Source of the DNA: an uncultured Chloroflexia bacterium
Lineage (GTDB): Bacteria; Chloroflexota; Limnocylindria; Limnocylindrales; CSP1-4
Reading direction: 5' to 3'
Assembly: GCA_963734535.1 (NCBI GenBank)
Contig: CAVTHS010000014.1
Span: 224,001-288,000 of the forward strand
Length of the DNA: 64,000 bases
Both the position numbers and the translations under genes were made by a program. Numbering within the stretch: position 1 is the first letter of the stretch; each line of letters begins with the position of its first letter. The notes below the pieces were generated by a model that saw only the letters and a program-made list of their open reading frames with translations, was not told the origin of the DNA and ran no database searches. Positions 18,799 through 30,195 of the stretch are shown here, piece by piece.

Positions 18799-20463
18799 TC
18801 ATGGGCACGCGACCCGGTAGACGGTGAAGTCCGCGGTTCCGGCTGGCGTGCCAGGCGCGGGCGGGAGCGCGACCTGGCGCCAGGCAGCGGGCGTCGGGGT
18901 CCGTCGCGAGGCGGGCCGGCCAGGTGCCGTGCGTCCCGTCCAGGACCACGTAGCGGGCATTGAACGTCCGGGCGATCTCCAGCACGCTCGAGACGGGCTC
19001 GTCCGGGAGCGCCAGGGCGTGGACGCGGTTCGCCTCGGCGACCCAGATCGGGTGGTTGGCGATCACCGGGACGTTCGGGTCCAGCGGATCGCCCAGGGCC
19101 GCGAAGCGGGCTGTCAGCGCCGCGTAGCGCGCCTCCGTCCCGGCGGCGTTGCTGCCGTACGAGGGAATCCCGAGGCCCAGGAAGAGGAGCGCACCCGCGC
19201 CGGCGAAGAGCGGGCCGAGCCACGCAACGGGCCGCGTCCACCCACGTCTCCGCCCGACCCATGCGAGTCCCGGCGTCGAGCACGGCAAGCCCGCTGACGA
19301 TCAGCAGGACGTGCGCCGGCGCCGCCGCGTGGAGGTACGTGCCCCACGTGGTCTGGACGGGGAAGACGAGCGTCGTGATCGCGAACGTCGCCACCGCGGA
19401 GACGACCAGCAGGCGGAGCGCCCGGCAGCGTGCGACCCACGGCAGTCCGGCGAGGCCGACCGCGGCCACGGGAATGCCCGGCAGCACGAGCACGCTCACG
19501 AGGTTGTGCCAGAAGCCGCCGACGCGATCATCCAGCCAGGCGGCCGGGCCTGCGGCCAGGTAGCCGGCCAGGGTCGCCGGCTCCTTCCAGGCGAAGATCT
19601 CGAAGCCGCTGATCGCCCACGCGTTGGTGATGGCCTGTCCCGGCAGCGGGCTGCCGAAGACGATCGCCTGCCGGACCAGCCAGGGCGCGACGACCGCGAT
19701 GGCCACGACGGCCGGCACCAGCACCAGCCGGGCGCGCATCGCCCGGCTCTCCCGGACCGTGCGCCCGTCCGGCCCCTGCCACCAGGCCAGCGCAGCCCAC
19801 GCGAGCGCGATCCAGATCGCCTCGTTCCGGGTCAGCGCGGCCAGGCCGAGCGCCAGCCCGAGTCCGACCAGGCGCGGATCGCGCACCCGGGCGCCGCGGG
19901 GCTCGCGGAGGAGGCGGGTCCCCAGGAGACAGGCGGCCAGCGCCGCGACCCCGAACGGGACCGTCGAGTCCAGCAGTGCCGACGGCAGCACGAGCGGCAG
20001 CACCACCGCGGACACGAGCCCGCTCCCGAGCCCGAGCGTGCGCGCCCGCTCGCCGGACAGCCCGCGCTCGGCCGCAAGATCCGCGCCGATCCGCCAGGCG
20101 AGGACGGGGATCACGGACCCGAGCAGGACCGGCACCGCCAGGGTTGCCGCATACGACGTCGAGCCGAGCAGCAGCATCGGGACCGCGGCGAGGAGCGTCG
20201 GGAGCGGCAGCCAGATCTCGAATGCCGGGCGGGGGAACGAAGAGTCCGAATGTCCCGGTTGCCGCGTCGCGCGCCGGCGTGACATAGCTCCAGAGCGCAT
20301 TGGAGGTGAGCCCGTTGCCGTCGACGAGGTTGCGGGCCGCGCCCCAGTAGTACGTGGCGTCCTCGGGGATCGGAAAGGGCACCTGCGCAGCCGCCCACGC
20401 GCGGACCAGCAGCGCGACGACGAACACGAGCCCGGCGCTCAGCCAGGCCTCCCGGCGGGTCAC
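18799..20463 (-). CDS. GT-C-like (GT39/ArnT-type) membrane glycosyltransferase, frameshifted
   Basis: PEDATYYWGAARNL, WLPLP, LAALTRNE, PWLVRQ..VFG; pieces spread over several frames; paralog of the next gene. Confidence 0.65.
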
Positions 20464-20470
20464 GACACGC

Positions 20471-22159
20471 TCAGGGCAGGCTGCTGGTGCCAGGCCCGGC
20501 GACGGCCGCGCCCGCGCACCGGGGATCGTCCGGCGCGACGCAGACCGGGTAGACGGCGACGTCGACCGCGCCGGGCGGGCGCGCGACACCGTCGGCCGAG
20601 GCAGCTGCGGGCCGGGAGGCCACCGGCGGCCCGATCCACGCGGGCCGGGCGGCGCCGTCGAGGATCGGCGCGACCGCGGAGACCGCGTCGGAGCGCTCCA
20701 GGATCAGCCACCGGACCTGGTAGGCGCGGGCGACCTGCTCGATCGTCGGGAGTGGATCGTTCACGAGGACGACGCCGCCCCGGCCGCTCCAGTAGCGCGT
20801 GCCCGACGCGTCGATCGACATCACGCGGTCCGTGATCGGTGCACCGGCCGCGTCCAGGGCGGCCGCGGCGAACTGGTGGTCGGCGACGCGGCTCGCCCAG
20901 ACCGCGTGCGTCGTCAGCGAGGCAACCGCTGCCGCGACCACGGCGAACGCCACCGCGGCGCCCGAGAAGAACCGCGTCGCCTGGTCCGCGTCCCAGCCCC
21001 GCCGGCGGGCCGCCACCCATCCGACCGACGCGGCGATTCCCTCCATCACGAGCACGTACGAGTGCGGCGCCAGCCCGATCGCCGAGTGGATGAACGTCCC
21101 GCCCGGCACGTGCACGGCGAACACCAGGGCATTGAAGGCGAACAGGATGCCGGCGTAGAGGAATGCCGGCGAGAAGTCCGGCGATCGCCGCCGAGCCCAG
21201 CCGCCGACCAGCATGAACGGGACCAGGATGACGCCCCCCACCAGCACGGCGTAGATGGTCACGGCCGCGACCAGGCCGCCGATCCGGCTCGCGATCAGCG
21301 GGCCCAGCCCCTGCCCAAGGAAGTGGTCCAGCGTGGCGGGGATCGTCAGGCTGTTCCACTCGGAGAACTGCGTGATCAGCAGCACCTTGCCGGTGGACGA
21401 GGACGGCGACAGGCTGCCGAACACCTCGAGCTGGCGGGCGAACCACGGCCCGGCGACCAGCAGGAACAGCCCCGCGCAGGCGACCCCGGCCCACATCGGG
21501 ATCGCCGGCCGCCTGGAGCCGCGGCTCCGCCAGGCTCGCCAGCGGTCGACGAGGAAGAGAAGCCCCAGCGTCACTCCGACCAGGATGCCGTCCGAACGGG
21601 CCAGGGTCGCCAGGCCGACGAGCGCGCCGGCAACGGCGAAGCTCCGGCCGTGACCCTTGAGACCGCGCCCTCCGGCCCAGAGCGCGCCGACCACCAGCGG
21701 CTGGTAGAGCCCGAAGTTGTCGGGCTGGGACATGAACGGGGCCGCGAGGACCGGGATCGCGGTCAGGAGGCCGGCTCCGATGGCCACCCGCTCGCTCGCC
21801 CCGGCGTCGCGCGCCAGCGCCCACGCCATCGGCGCCGAGAGCGCGCCGAGCAGGATGAAGGGCAGCGACGACGCCAGCGCCGTCGGCCCCAGGAGCCAGA
21901 TGAACGGGACCTGGACGATCGACGCCAGCGGCATCCAGTGCGCGTTGGCCGGGATGGGCAGGACCGGGTTGGCGGGGATCTTCCCCCCGACCTCCACGAA
22001 GATCCAGATGAAGTCGATGTTGAACCCGTGTCCCGCCGCCAGGCTCCGCGCGACGTCCACGTAGTAGTACGAGTCGGGGTACGCGGGATCCGGGAAATGC
22101 AGGAACAGGAGCGCCCGGACCGCGACGGCAAGCGCGAAGAGCAGGAATGGCTTCCGCAC
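20471..22159 (-). CDS. GT-C-like (GT39/ArnT-type) membrane glycosyltransferase
   Basis: YPDSYYYVDVARSL, HWMPL, LATLARSDG, PWFARQ..VFG; many TM helices. Confidence 0.75.
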   Translation of the reverse strand: MRKPFLLFALAVAVRALLFLHFPDPAYPDSYYYVDVARSLAAGHGFNIDFIWIFVEVGGKIPANPVLPIPANAHWMPLASIVQVPFIWLLGPTALASSLPFILLGALSAPMAWALARDAGASERVAIGAGLLTAIPVLAAPFMSQPDNFGLYQPLVVGALWAGGRGLKGHGRSFAVAGALVGLATLARSDGILVGVTLGLLFLVDRWRAWRSRGSRRPAIPMWAGVACAGLFLLVAGPWFARQLEVFGSLSPSSSTGKVLLITQFSEWNSLTIPATLDHFLGQGLGPLIASRIGGLVAAVTIYAVLVGGVILVPFMLVGGWARRRSPDFSPAFLYAGILFAFNALVFAVHVPGGTFIHSAIGLAPHSYVLVMEGIAASVGWVAARRRGWDADQATRFFSGAAVAFAVVAAAVASLTTHAVWASRVADHQFAAAALDAAGAPITDRVMSIDASGTRYWSGRGGVVLVNDPLPTIEQVARAYQVRWLILERSDAVSAVAPILDGAARPAWIGPPVASRPAAASADGVARPPGAVDVAVYPVCVAPDDPRCAGAAVAGPGTSSLP

Positions 22160-22211
22160 GATGGTGCACGGTAGCACCGGCCAAGCCCGGCAGGGGACCC
22201 GTACGGATGGG

Positions 22212-23273
22212 CTACGCAGCCGCTCCGACAGAAGGCGCTGCCTCGGGCAGTCCCACGCTCGCGCCGGCCGCTCGACGCTCCCGGACCGCGAGGGACGCGA
22301 CCATGATCCCGGCCGCATAGAACGGCAGTGGGTGCGTCGTCGCGATCGGCGAGATCGCCACGAGGACGAGGGCCAGCACCGGGGCGAGCGGCCCAATGGC
22401 CGGCAAGGCCAGCACGAGGGGGAGCGCGCCATAGGTGCCGACGTACGGCGCGAGCAGGATGCCAGACGCCACGGCCCAGGTCAGCCCGACGCGCGCCCCA
22501 CGACGTGCCAGGACAAGGAGGAGGGCCACGAGTGTCACCGCCGCGACCGGCGCCCATAGCGACGGTGCGAGCGCCGTGACTCCGTGGTTCCCTGCGAACG
22601 GCTCGGCATACTGCCCACCCGCCACGAGTGCCTCCGCCCACGCGAAATAGGCCGACGGGCCGGCAATCAGCAGTCCGGCCGCCGTTGCGGCGACGCCTGA
22701 TACAACGGTGCCCGCGAACACGGGCCTTCGGAACACGAGGAGCCAGAGGAGGACCGGCGCCAGCAGCGGCTTGGCGAAGACCGCAGTTGCGACGCCCAGC
22801 AGCACGCCGCTCCGGGGCGTGGACCGCGCAAAGACCGCCACGGCCATCGCCCCAACCAGCAGGACATTCGCGTTTCCGAGCATGACGTCGTGCAGGAACG
22901 GGAGCGAGAAGACCAGCCCGACGACCCCGAGGACTCGGTCCGGTGGCCGCCACCCGGGCGTCAGGGCGCGCACGGCGATCACGGCGAGGACGACCTTGAG
23001 GGCAGCGTAGGCCAGGCTCACGGGAAACGGGTCGAGGAGCGCCAGTGGCCGGCCGACGACCGCGGCCAGCGGTGGATAGAGGAACTTCGGGTCGGTATAC
23101 AGCAATTGGCCCGTCCCGAGGCGCGTGCCCGCATCCACCACGAGGTGCAGGTCAATTGCCCACCAGCTGGGTCCCCGGAGGGACTCGCCGATCCAGCCCG
23201 CCAGCTCGCCGAGGCCGAAGATCGCGAGGAAGGCGACGGTGCCGAACCACGCGAGGCGCATGCGAGCAGACAT
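22212..23273 (-). CDS. GT87/DUF2029-like membrane glycosyltransferase
   Basis: DL..., FLYPPL, LGNAN and K-P motifs typical of GT87. Confidence 0.72.
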   Translation of the reverse strand: MSARMRLAWFGTVAFLAIFGLGELAGWIGESLRGPSWWAIDLHLVVDAGTRLGTGQLLYTDPKFLYPPLAAVVGRPLALLDPFPVSLAYAALKVVLAVIAVRALTPGWRPPDRVLGVVGLVFSLPFLHDVMLGNANVLLVGAMAVAVFARSTPRSGVLLGVATAVFAKPLLAPVLLWLLVFRRPVFAGTVVSGVAATAAGLLIAGPSAYFAWAEALVAGGQYAEPFAGNHGVTALAPSLWAPVAAVTLVALLLVLARRGARVGLTWAVASGILLAPYVGTYGALPLVLALPAIGPLAPVLALVLVAISPIATTHPLPFYAAGIMVASLAVRERRAAGASVGLPEAAPSVGAAA

Positions 23274-23370
23274 ACGACCGACGGTACCTCCGTCCCACTT
23301 CCGTTGACGTGGCGCAACCGTACACTCCCGGGGTGCCCGGACGTCCCGGGTGGCGAGGTGCCGCAGCGCG

Positions 23371-24232
23371 ATGACGGGCGCCCTTCGTGCGATCGATCAC
23401 GCGCTGGACCGCGCAGGGGTGGTACTTGCGCGTTTCGCCCGGCCCGTGCGGGACGGCCTGGTCGTCGCCGGCCTTGCGCGGGCCGCGTACTACTTCTTCG
23501 TCCAGGGAATCCAACCCTGGACCTTCATTGGCGTCGACGCGCGCGCGTACTGGCAGGTGGACCTCGCGCATCCCTACGCCGGTTCCGGGGTCGGGGACGT
23601 CTCTACGTACCTCTATTCGCCGGCCTTCGCGCAGGTCATGTCGCCGCTCTCTGCGCTGCCCTTTCCGGTCTTCGACGTCCTCTGGACCGCCCTGCTCCTG
23701 GGTGTGTGCGCCTGGTTGATCCGGCCATGGCCGTGGGCGGCGCTGATCCTGTTCCTGCCGGTGAGCTACGAGCTGCTCGTCGGCAACGTGCACTTCCTGA
23801 TCGCGGCGGCGATCGTCCTCGGGTTCCGAGCACCCGCGACCTGGGTCTTCCCGATCCTGACGAAGGTGACGCCGGGCCTCGGCATCCTGTGGTTCGCGGT
23901 GCGGCGCGAGTGGCGGGCGCTCGCGATCGCCCTCGGCTGCACCGCCGCGATCGTGGCTGTCTCCTTCGCTCTCGCGCCATCGGCCTGGGCGGACTGGTTC
24001 ACGTTCCTCGCGGCGTCGCCGGGGCGGAGCCAGCTGCTGGTCCCGCGCACGGTGATCGCCGCGATCCTCGTCGCCTTCGGGGCCGTCACCGGCCGGCGCT
24101 GGCTCGTCCCCGTCGCTGTCTGGCTTGCGCTGCCGATCGTCTGGGTGAACTCGTGGGTCATCCTGCTGGCAACGATCCGGCTGCGTGGCAAGGTCCGGCA
24201 CGAAGCACCGACGCCGGGCGACACGAGCATGA
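23371..24232 (+). CDS. GT87/DUF2029-like membrane glycosyltransferase (3' end approximate)
   Basis: DARAYW, YLYSPAFAQ, GNVH, LTKVTPG.G..WF.VRREWR. Confidence 0.72.
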
Positions 24233-25301
24233 CCCTCCAGTCTCGGGCGCTCGTCCATGGCCCCCCGTCCCGCCCTGATTCGGGCTCGCATTCCTCACGG
24301 TCCTTGTCGGCGCCTTCGCGATCGTGCGGGCCGCGCAGAACGTGTGGGCCGTGGACGCACATCGGAACCTCGCGGCCGCGGTCGCACTTCAGAACGGCAC
24401 CTTCGGGTCCGTCCCGGACTACCTCTACTCACCGCTCGCGGCCGCCCTGACGGTCCCTGCCCTTGCGCTGCCAACGGACGTTGCTGTCGTCGCGTGGCTC
24501 GCCATCAAGATCGTGTTGCTCGCTGTCGGCACCGCCATCGCGACCCGCGGCCTCGACCGCGTGGACAGGTGGCTCCTGGGCGTCGCGTCGTCGGCTTCCT
24601 GCCCATCCTCTACGACCTCGAGCTCGGCAACGTCACGGTGCTCGTGCTCGTTGCCGTGGCCGCAATCGCATGGACGCCGGACCGAATGGCGACTGGCATC
24701 CCGCTGGGCCTGATCCTGGCGACCGCCCCGAAGCCGCAGCTCATCCCGGTCCTCGTCTGGCTCGTCGTGGCGCATCGACAGGCGCTGATCGGTGCGGTCG
24801 CAACGGCGACTTTGGTCACGCTGGTCGGGCTCGCGCTCACCGGACTGGGAGCGTACGGGGCCTGGGTCGATGCGCTCCGGGCGCCCGCCTACCTCAACAG
24901 TGGCGAGGTGATCAACCTGGCGCTCTGGTCCCTGCCTCCTCTCGTCGCACTTCCTTGTGTGGTCGCGGCCATCGCCGCCTTCGTCGTCGCGCTTCGACGC
25001 GGCTACTGGCCCGGCCTCGTCGCTGCGATATGCCTTGGGCTCCTCGTGGCGCCATACACGCTGATCTACGCGGCAGGTCTGCTTCCCGTTGTGGCTCCGG
25101 CAGCTGGCACGGGCGTCGCCCCGCGCTGCCCTCGGGTTGGCGATCACTGCGCCCGTGGCCCTCGTGATCGCATTCCCCGCGTGGGTCGGCCTGGTGCTCG
25201 CGTTCGCGGTGCTCATGCCCGCGGCGGCGTGGCCGTCGCGGAGTGTCGCGATTCCGACGTCTCGGCCAAGTGAACGTGCACGCCCAACTGCGCCGCGATG
25301 A
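24229..25301 (+). CDS. GT87-like membrane glycosyltransferase, frameshifted
   Basis: VDAHRN, YLYSPLAA, DLELGNV, KPQL, PYTLIY spread over three frames. Confidence 0.62.
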
Positions 25302-26092
25302 GTACGTCGCCCCGACCCCGGCGCGGCTACCCTGCGGACATCGTCACTCGGTATCGCACCTCCCGTTGGCTGGGCCCGCTGGCTGTTGGACTGCTCGGGG
25401 CGGCCGGAATCGTCTTCGTGTGGGCGCTTCTCGGCCCCTTCGGGCGAGCGAACCTGGATTGGGATCGCGCCCATTACCTGGCCGCCACGGCTCGATGGCT
25501 CGACACGGGAACCCCTTACCTGGCCTCGGAGGTGGCAGCTCCGTTCGACTATCAACCCGACACGTTCCTGCACCCACCGGTCGCCCTGATCCTGTTCCTG
25601 CCGTTCAGGTCGCTTCCGGCGCTTGTCTGGTACGTGATCCCCATCGCCATCGTCACGGTCCTTGTCGTCAAGTGGCGCCCCGCGCGGTGGACCTGGCCGA
25701 TCATGGCCGCCTGCCTGGCGTGGCCCAGGACATCGGGCATGCTCATCGTCGGCAACACGGATCTCTGGGTCGCGGCGTTCGTGGCGCTCGGCCTGTCCTG
25801 GGGCTGGGGCTGGGCACTGGTCGCGCTGAAGCCCTCGTTCGCGCCGTTGGCCCTGCTCGGCGTGCGTCAACGTGCCTTCTGGATCGCGGTCGCGGTCGTC
25901 GGTGCGGTCTCGATCCCGTTCGGTCGACTCTGGCTCGACTGGTTCAGCGTCGTCGTGCACGCGCCCGGCGGCATCCTGTACTCCATCCTGGGGTTGCCCC
26001 TCGTCCTCCTGCCCGCGGTCGCCTACGCGGGACGGACCCGCGACGGTGCGCTGGAACGGTTGGCAGCCCGGACCCTCGGCGTCGGCTCGTAG
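25298..26092 (+). CDS. GT87-like membrane protein
   Basis: D..HYL.A..RWL, FLHPP, GNTD and LKPS motifs; hydrophobic. Confidence 0.65.
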   Translation: MSTSPRPRRGYPADIVTRYRTSRWLGPLAVGLLGAAGIVFVWALLGPFGRANLDWDRAHYLAATARWLDTGTPYLASEVAAPFDYQPDTFLHPPVALILFLPFRSLPALVWYVIPIAIVTVLVVKWRPARWTWPIMAACLAWPRTSGMLIVGNTDLWVAAFVALGLSWGWGWALVALKPSFAPLALLGVRQRAFWIAVAVVGAVSIPFGRLWLDWFSVVVHAPGGILYSILGLPLVLLPAVAYAGRTRDGALERLAARTLGVGS

Positions 26093-26102
26093 ACTGACGT
26101 CC

Positions 26103-26905
26103 GTGACAGTCCGAGTCGCTCACGATCGTTCTCCCCGCATACAACGAGGAGGCACGACTTGGGCCTGCGCTGGACGAGCTGTTCGGCTATCTCGGTCGGC
26201 ACGGCACAAAGGGCCGCGACGGGGCGCCCGGCGCTGCCGGGCTGCCGGCGCGACGATCCGGGTCCTCGTCGTCGACGACGGAAGCACGGACGACACGGCG
26301 GCCCTGGTGCGGGCGCGGCCGGAGGCGGCACGAGCGGGAGCGCCGGCCACCCCCACCTGGAACTGCTCTCGATGCCCCACGGCGGGAAGGGCGCTGCAGT
26401 CCGGGCCGGCATGCTGGCCGCGGACGACGGACCTCGTGCTCTTCGCGGACGCGGACATGGCTACCCCGCCGGACCAGATCCCGCTGCTGGTCGCCGCCCT
26501 CGTGGACCACGACCTCGCGCTGGGCAGCCGGATCCAGCCGGACGGCTCCGACATGCGGGCGAGCCAGCCAGCATACCGCCGCCTGTTGGGCAGGGCGTTC
26601 CACGTCCTCGCCTCGGCCTGGGCCGTCGGCCCGGTGCAGGACACGCAGTGCGGCTTCAAGGGTTTCACCCGCGAGGCGGCCCACGATCTGTTCGCCCGCC
26701 AGGCGATCACGAGCATCGTGTTCGACGTCGAGGTGATCTACCTCGCCCGCCGACGCGGCTACCGGATCGCCGTCGTGCCGATCCGCTGGGCGGACAGGCG
26801 GGGCTCGCGGATGCACCCGGGGCCTGGCCTTGCCGCTCCGGGTTGCCTGGGACCTGTTCCGGGTCGCGGCTGATCCATCGGCACGTGCCCCGCCGGCCGG
26901 CGTGA
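26103..26905 (+). CDS. GT2 polyprenyl-phosphate glycosyltransferase (DPG/DPM-synthase-like), frameshifted
   Basis: IVLPAYNE, VDDGSTD, GKGAAVRAG, FADAD, DTQCGFK, FDVE; TAGACT -10 box 7 nt before GTG. Confidence 0.8.
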
Positions 26906-27970
26906 ACGGACGGCGGCACCGGTCGTGGCCCTGCGAGAAACGGGGCCACGACGCCAGCAACCGCGACCAGGCCCAGCGTCTCCGCCGGGAGCCATCCGAG
27001 GAGAGGCAGTGCATAGCCCCACCAGTGGCCGCGGTTGGCGACATATGCGGCCGGGATGAGGAGCGCGACCAGGTAGTGCGGATGGAAGAACGGCGCGAAG
27101 AGGAGGCTGCTGGCCAGCGCGACGACCACCGTGAGTTCCGGGTCGCGTCGCCGGGCCGCCACCGTGACCGCGATCACCGCGCCGGCGATCCTCGCCAGCA
27201 TGACAACCGTTGCCCAGGACCCCGGGAAGCCCAACGCGACAAGCGGCGATCCCAGCGAGAAGTTGTGCGGGCCGGAGCTGACGTTGCCCAGTCCGCGGAG
27301 GATCATCAGGTAGTCGATCCATCCGGCGATGCCGACGAATGGCAGCGTCGCGATGGCAATGACGACGCCGGACGCGACTGCACCGGCAATCGAGCGGAAA
27401 CGGCCCGTCAGGATCCACGCGACTCCGACGATGCCGAATGGCTGGCGGACCGTCAGCGCGATCGCGAGTGCGACGCCGGCCCATCGAGTCCCGTTCCAGC
27501 GCCAGATGGCTGCCCCGACGGTAAACAGCACCACGCTGAGGTTCCCCAGGTTGAGGTCGTACAGGACAGGAAACGACGCGCTCGCGATGAACCACACGAC
27601 GAGGCGGACGTCCCGCCGCACTGGCAGGATCGAACACCCCAGCCCCAACAGGAGGACCCTTCCCACGAACCAGGCAAGCGGCGCGGCGCCCACCGGAAGA
27701 CCGGCCATCGGAATCAAGGCTATTGCGAGGGGTGGGGCGTAGAGGTACAGGCCGCCATAGGCGCCCGAGTTGTAGGCTTCGGCAACCCCGGGCGGGTAGA
27801 GCGCCGCACCGGCGGCGAGCCGCCGGGCGGCCGAATCGTATGCAAGGTAGTCGTAGGCGAATCCGGCGCTGCCGATGAACAGGAACGCCGAGGTGATGAG
27901 CACGGCCACTCCGGGGCTGCCATCAGCCACGGGAGCAGCCGCGTCAGCGCGACCGCGACTGGCGGGCCAT
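26707..27970 (-). CDS. GT87-like membrane glycosyltransferase (ends approximate)
   Basis: YDYLAY..AA.RL, YLYAPP, DLNLGNL, HPHY motifs. Confidence 0.7.
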
Positions 27971-28111
27971 GGGGAGCGATGATACGGTGTCGCCTTGGAC
28001 TGATCCGTTGCGACGCGTGAACAGTGATCGTGATGCGCCAGCCGCCGGCCGGTTCGTAGCTTCCGTCCTGAATCCCCCGACCTTCGCGACGTCGCTCGCC
28101 GCCCGGGGCCA

Positions 28112-28868
28112 ATGACACGCTCCATCGCCGTCGTAATCCCGGCGTTCGACGAGGAGGCGCGCCTCGGAGAGACACTGCGCGCCTGGCGGCATTCGGCCGT
28201 TCGCGGACCTGTCCCTGGCTGCGATCGTCGCCGACGACGGATCCTGGGACGGCACCGTCAACCTGGCAGAGCGAACCGCGCGCGAGGAGGCTCTGTCCCT
28301 GACCGTCCTGCGCCTCTCGCATTCCGGCAAGGCGGGCGCGGTGCGGGCCGGGATGCTTCACGCCGCGGGATCGACCGAGGTCGAGTACCTGCTGATGCTC
28401 GACGCGGACAACGAGATCGCGATCGACCACCTCGCGAACGTGACATGGTCCGACGACCCGTCGACGATCTACATCGGTCGACGAGTCGGATCGGTCGGCG
28501 ATCGCCCGGGTTCGCGGCCGCCGCCGATGCGGCGCCTGATGTCGTGGGGAATGCGGACGATGTCGCGCCTGTTGCTCGGCCTCCGGTTCACGGATTCGCA
28601 GTGCGGCTTCAAGCTCTTCCCACGGGACCTGGTCGGTGGCCTGTTCGGCCAGCAACGGTCACGCGGCTGGGTCTTCGATGCCGAGATCCTCGTGATCGCA
28701 GCGCGCTCTGGCATTCCGGTGGTCGAAGTGCCGGTCGTTTGGAGCCCGCGTGGCGTCAGTCGCGTTCGCGCAAGTGCAGCCATCGGGAGTGCCGTCCAGT
28801 TGTTGGCCATTGCGGGCCGGAAGGCGTCCGGTGCCTATCGGCCAGTCCGGCGTGCTTCCGGCCCGTGA
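28112..28868 (+). CDS. GT2 polyprenyl-phosphate glycosyltransferase, frameshifted
   Basis: VVIPAFDE, DDGS, GKAGAVRAG, LDAD, DSQCGFK, WVFDAE. Confidence 0.8.
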
Positions 28869-28940
28869 ACGAGCACGGACGTCGGGCCGGCCTGGTCGCG
28901 TTTGTCAAGCGCCACGGCCGCCGGTGCTATCCTCCCGATC

Positions 28941-30194
28941 GTGACCCACGCAACTATCTCGGAGCCAGACGCTCCGTGTCCGGGGGCGCCAGCCGAGCCG
29001 ATCACGCTGATCGCTCCGGGCGCCCGAACCCGAACCCTCGCAGAACCGGCCGCTCGTCCGTCACTCCGGGCCGTCCACCGGCCCTTCGATGCCATCGCGC
29101 CGGCCACGTGGGACGCCCTGGTCAGCGCGACGCCGTGGGCCACGCCGTTCTCGCGATGGGGCGTCCAGCGCGCGTGGTGGGACGCGTACGGCGCGAACGC
29201 GCACGACCAGACCCTGGTCGTCGTGGACGACGCGGCGCCCGCCGAGGCCGAACCCCTGGCGATCGTCCCGCTCATGCACCGCCACGAGGTGGAGCCGGAC
29301 GACGCGATCCTCCGCACCCGGATGCGCGGGGCCGGGCACGCCGCCCCGCTGACGACCGTCGCGCCGGATCGCAAGGCCATCTTCTTCGGGGCCAGCTACC
29401 ACGCCGACTACGCGACGGTCCTGGCGCAGCCCGCGGACCTGCCCGCGGTCGCCCGCGCGGTCGCGGACGCCCTGGCTGCGGGCGCGACTCCGGGTGACGA
29501 ACACCCGGAACCCTGGGACGTCATCGACCTGCGACGGCTGCGCTGCGGCGACCCGGCGGCCGACGAGCTGGCGGTTGCATTCGGTTCGCACCTTGCCTCG
29601 GAGGGCTGGACGGTGGTCCGCGAGCGCGAGGAGGTGTGCCCCATCCTCGACCTCGCGCCCGGACTGGACTTCGAGGGCTACCTGGGCACGCTCGGCAAGA
29701 AGGAGCGTCACGAGGTCCGGCGCAAGATCCGGCGCGCCGAGGCCACCGGCGAGGTGCGCCTGGAGCGATCGACCGACCCGGTCGGCGACCTGGACGCGTT
29801 CGTGGACCTGCACCAGAAGAAGTGGGGCGCGGACGGGCTCTTCCCGCCGACGCCGGGAGGCGCCCAGAGCCGCGCCTTCTTCCGCGGCCTGTTCGAGCAC
29901 TGCGGCCCGGACGGCCTGATCGCGCTGCACTTCCTGACCGTCGGCGGCCGCCGGATCGCGGCCGGCGTCTGGTTCGACGACGGCGAGACGCTCTTCTTCT
30001 ACAACGCCGGCGTGGACCCGGACGCGCGCGACCTGTCGCCGGGCGTGCTCCTGGTCGCGCGATCGATCGAGATGGCGCTCCAGGCGGGCCGGTCGCGATT
30101 CGACTTCCTGCGCGGCGACGAGCCCTACAAGTACGGCTGGGGCGCCACGGACGTGCCAATCCAGCGCCTGCTCGTCGTGCGAACCGCTTCCTGA
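28941..30194 (+). CDS. GNAT-family (CelD/BcsL-like, Acetyltransf_6) acyltransferase
   Basis: TPF, ADY, YL..L.KK.R.E.RRK.RR, FYNAG, SPGVLL, FDFLRGDEPYKY. Confidence 0.85.
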   Translation: MTHATISEPDAPCPGAPAEPITLIAPGARTRTLAEPAARPSLRAVHRPFDAIAPATWDALVSATPWATPFSRWGVQRAWWDAYGANAHDQTLVVVDDAAPAEAEPLAIVPLMHRHEVEPDDAILRTRMRGAGHAAPLTTVAPDRKAIFFGASYHADYATVLAQPADLPAVARAVADALAAGATPGDEHPEPWDVIDLRRLRCGDPAADELAVAFGSHLASEGWTVVREREEVCPILDLAPGLDFEGYLGTLGKKERHEVRRKIRRAEATGEVRLERSTDPVGDLDAFVDLHQKKWGADGLFPPTPGGAQSRAFFRGLFEHCGPDGLIALHFLTVGGRRIAAGVWFDDGETLFFYNAGVDPDARDLSPGVLLVARSIEMALQAGRSRFDFLRGDEPYKYGWGATDVPIQRLLVVRTAS

Positions 30195-30195
30195 G

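Noticed and set aside
17135-19288. 717-aa ORF suggesting a glycosyltransferase-kinase fusion
   Set aside because: Produced by frameshifts joining the GT tail and the kinase; the GT has its own stop at 18799 and the kinase has its own TATACT box and start
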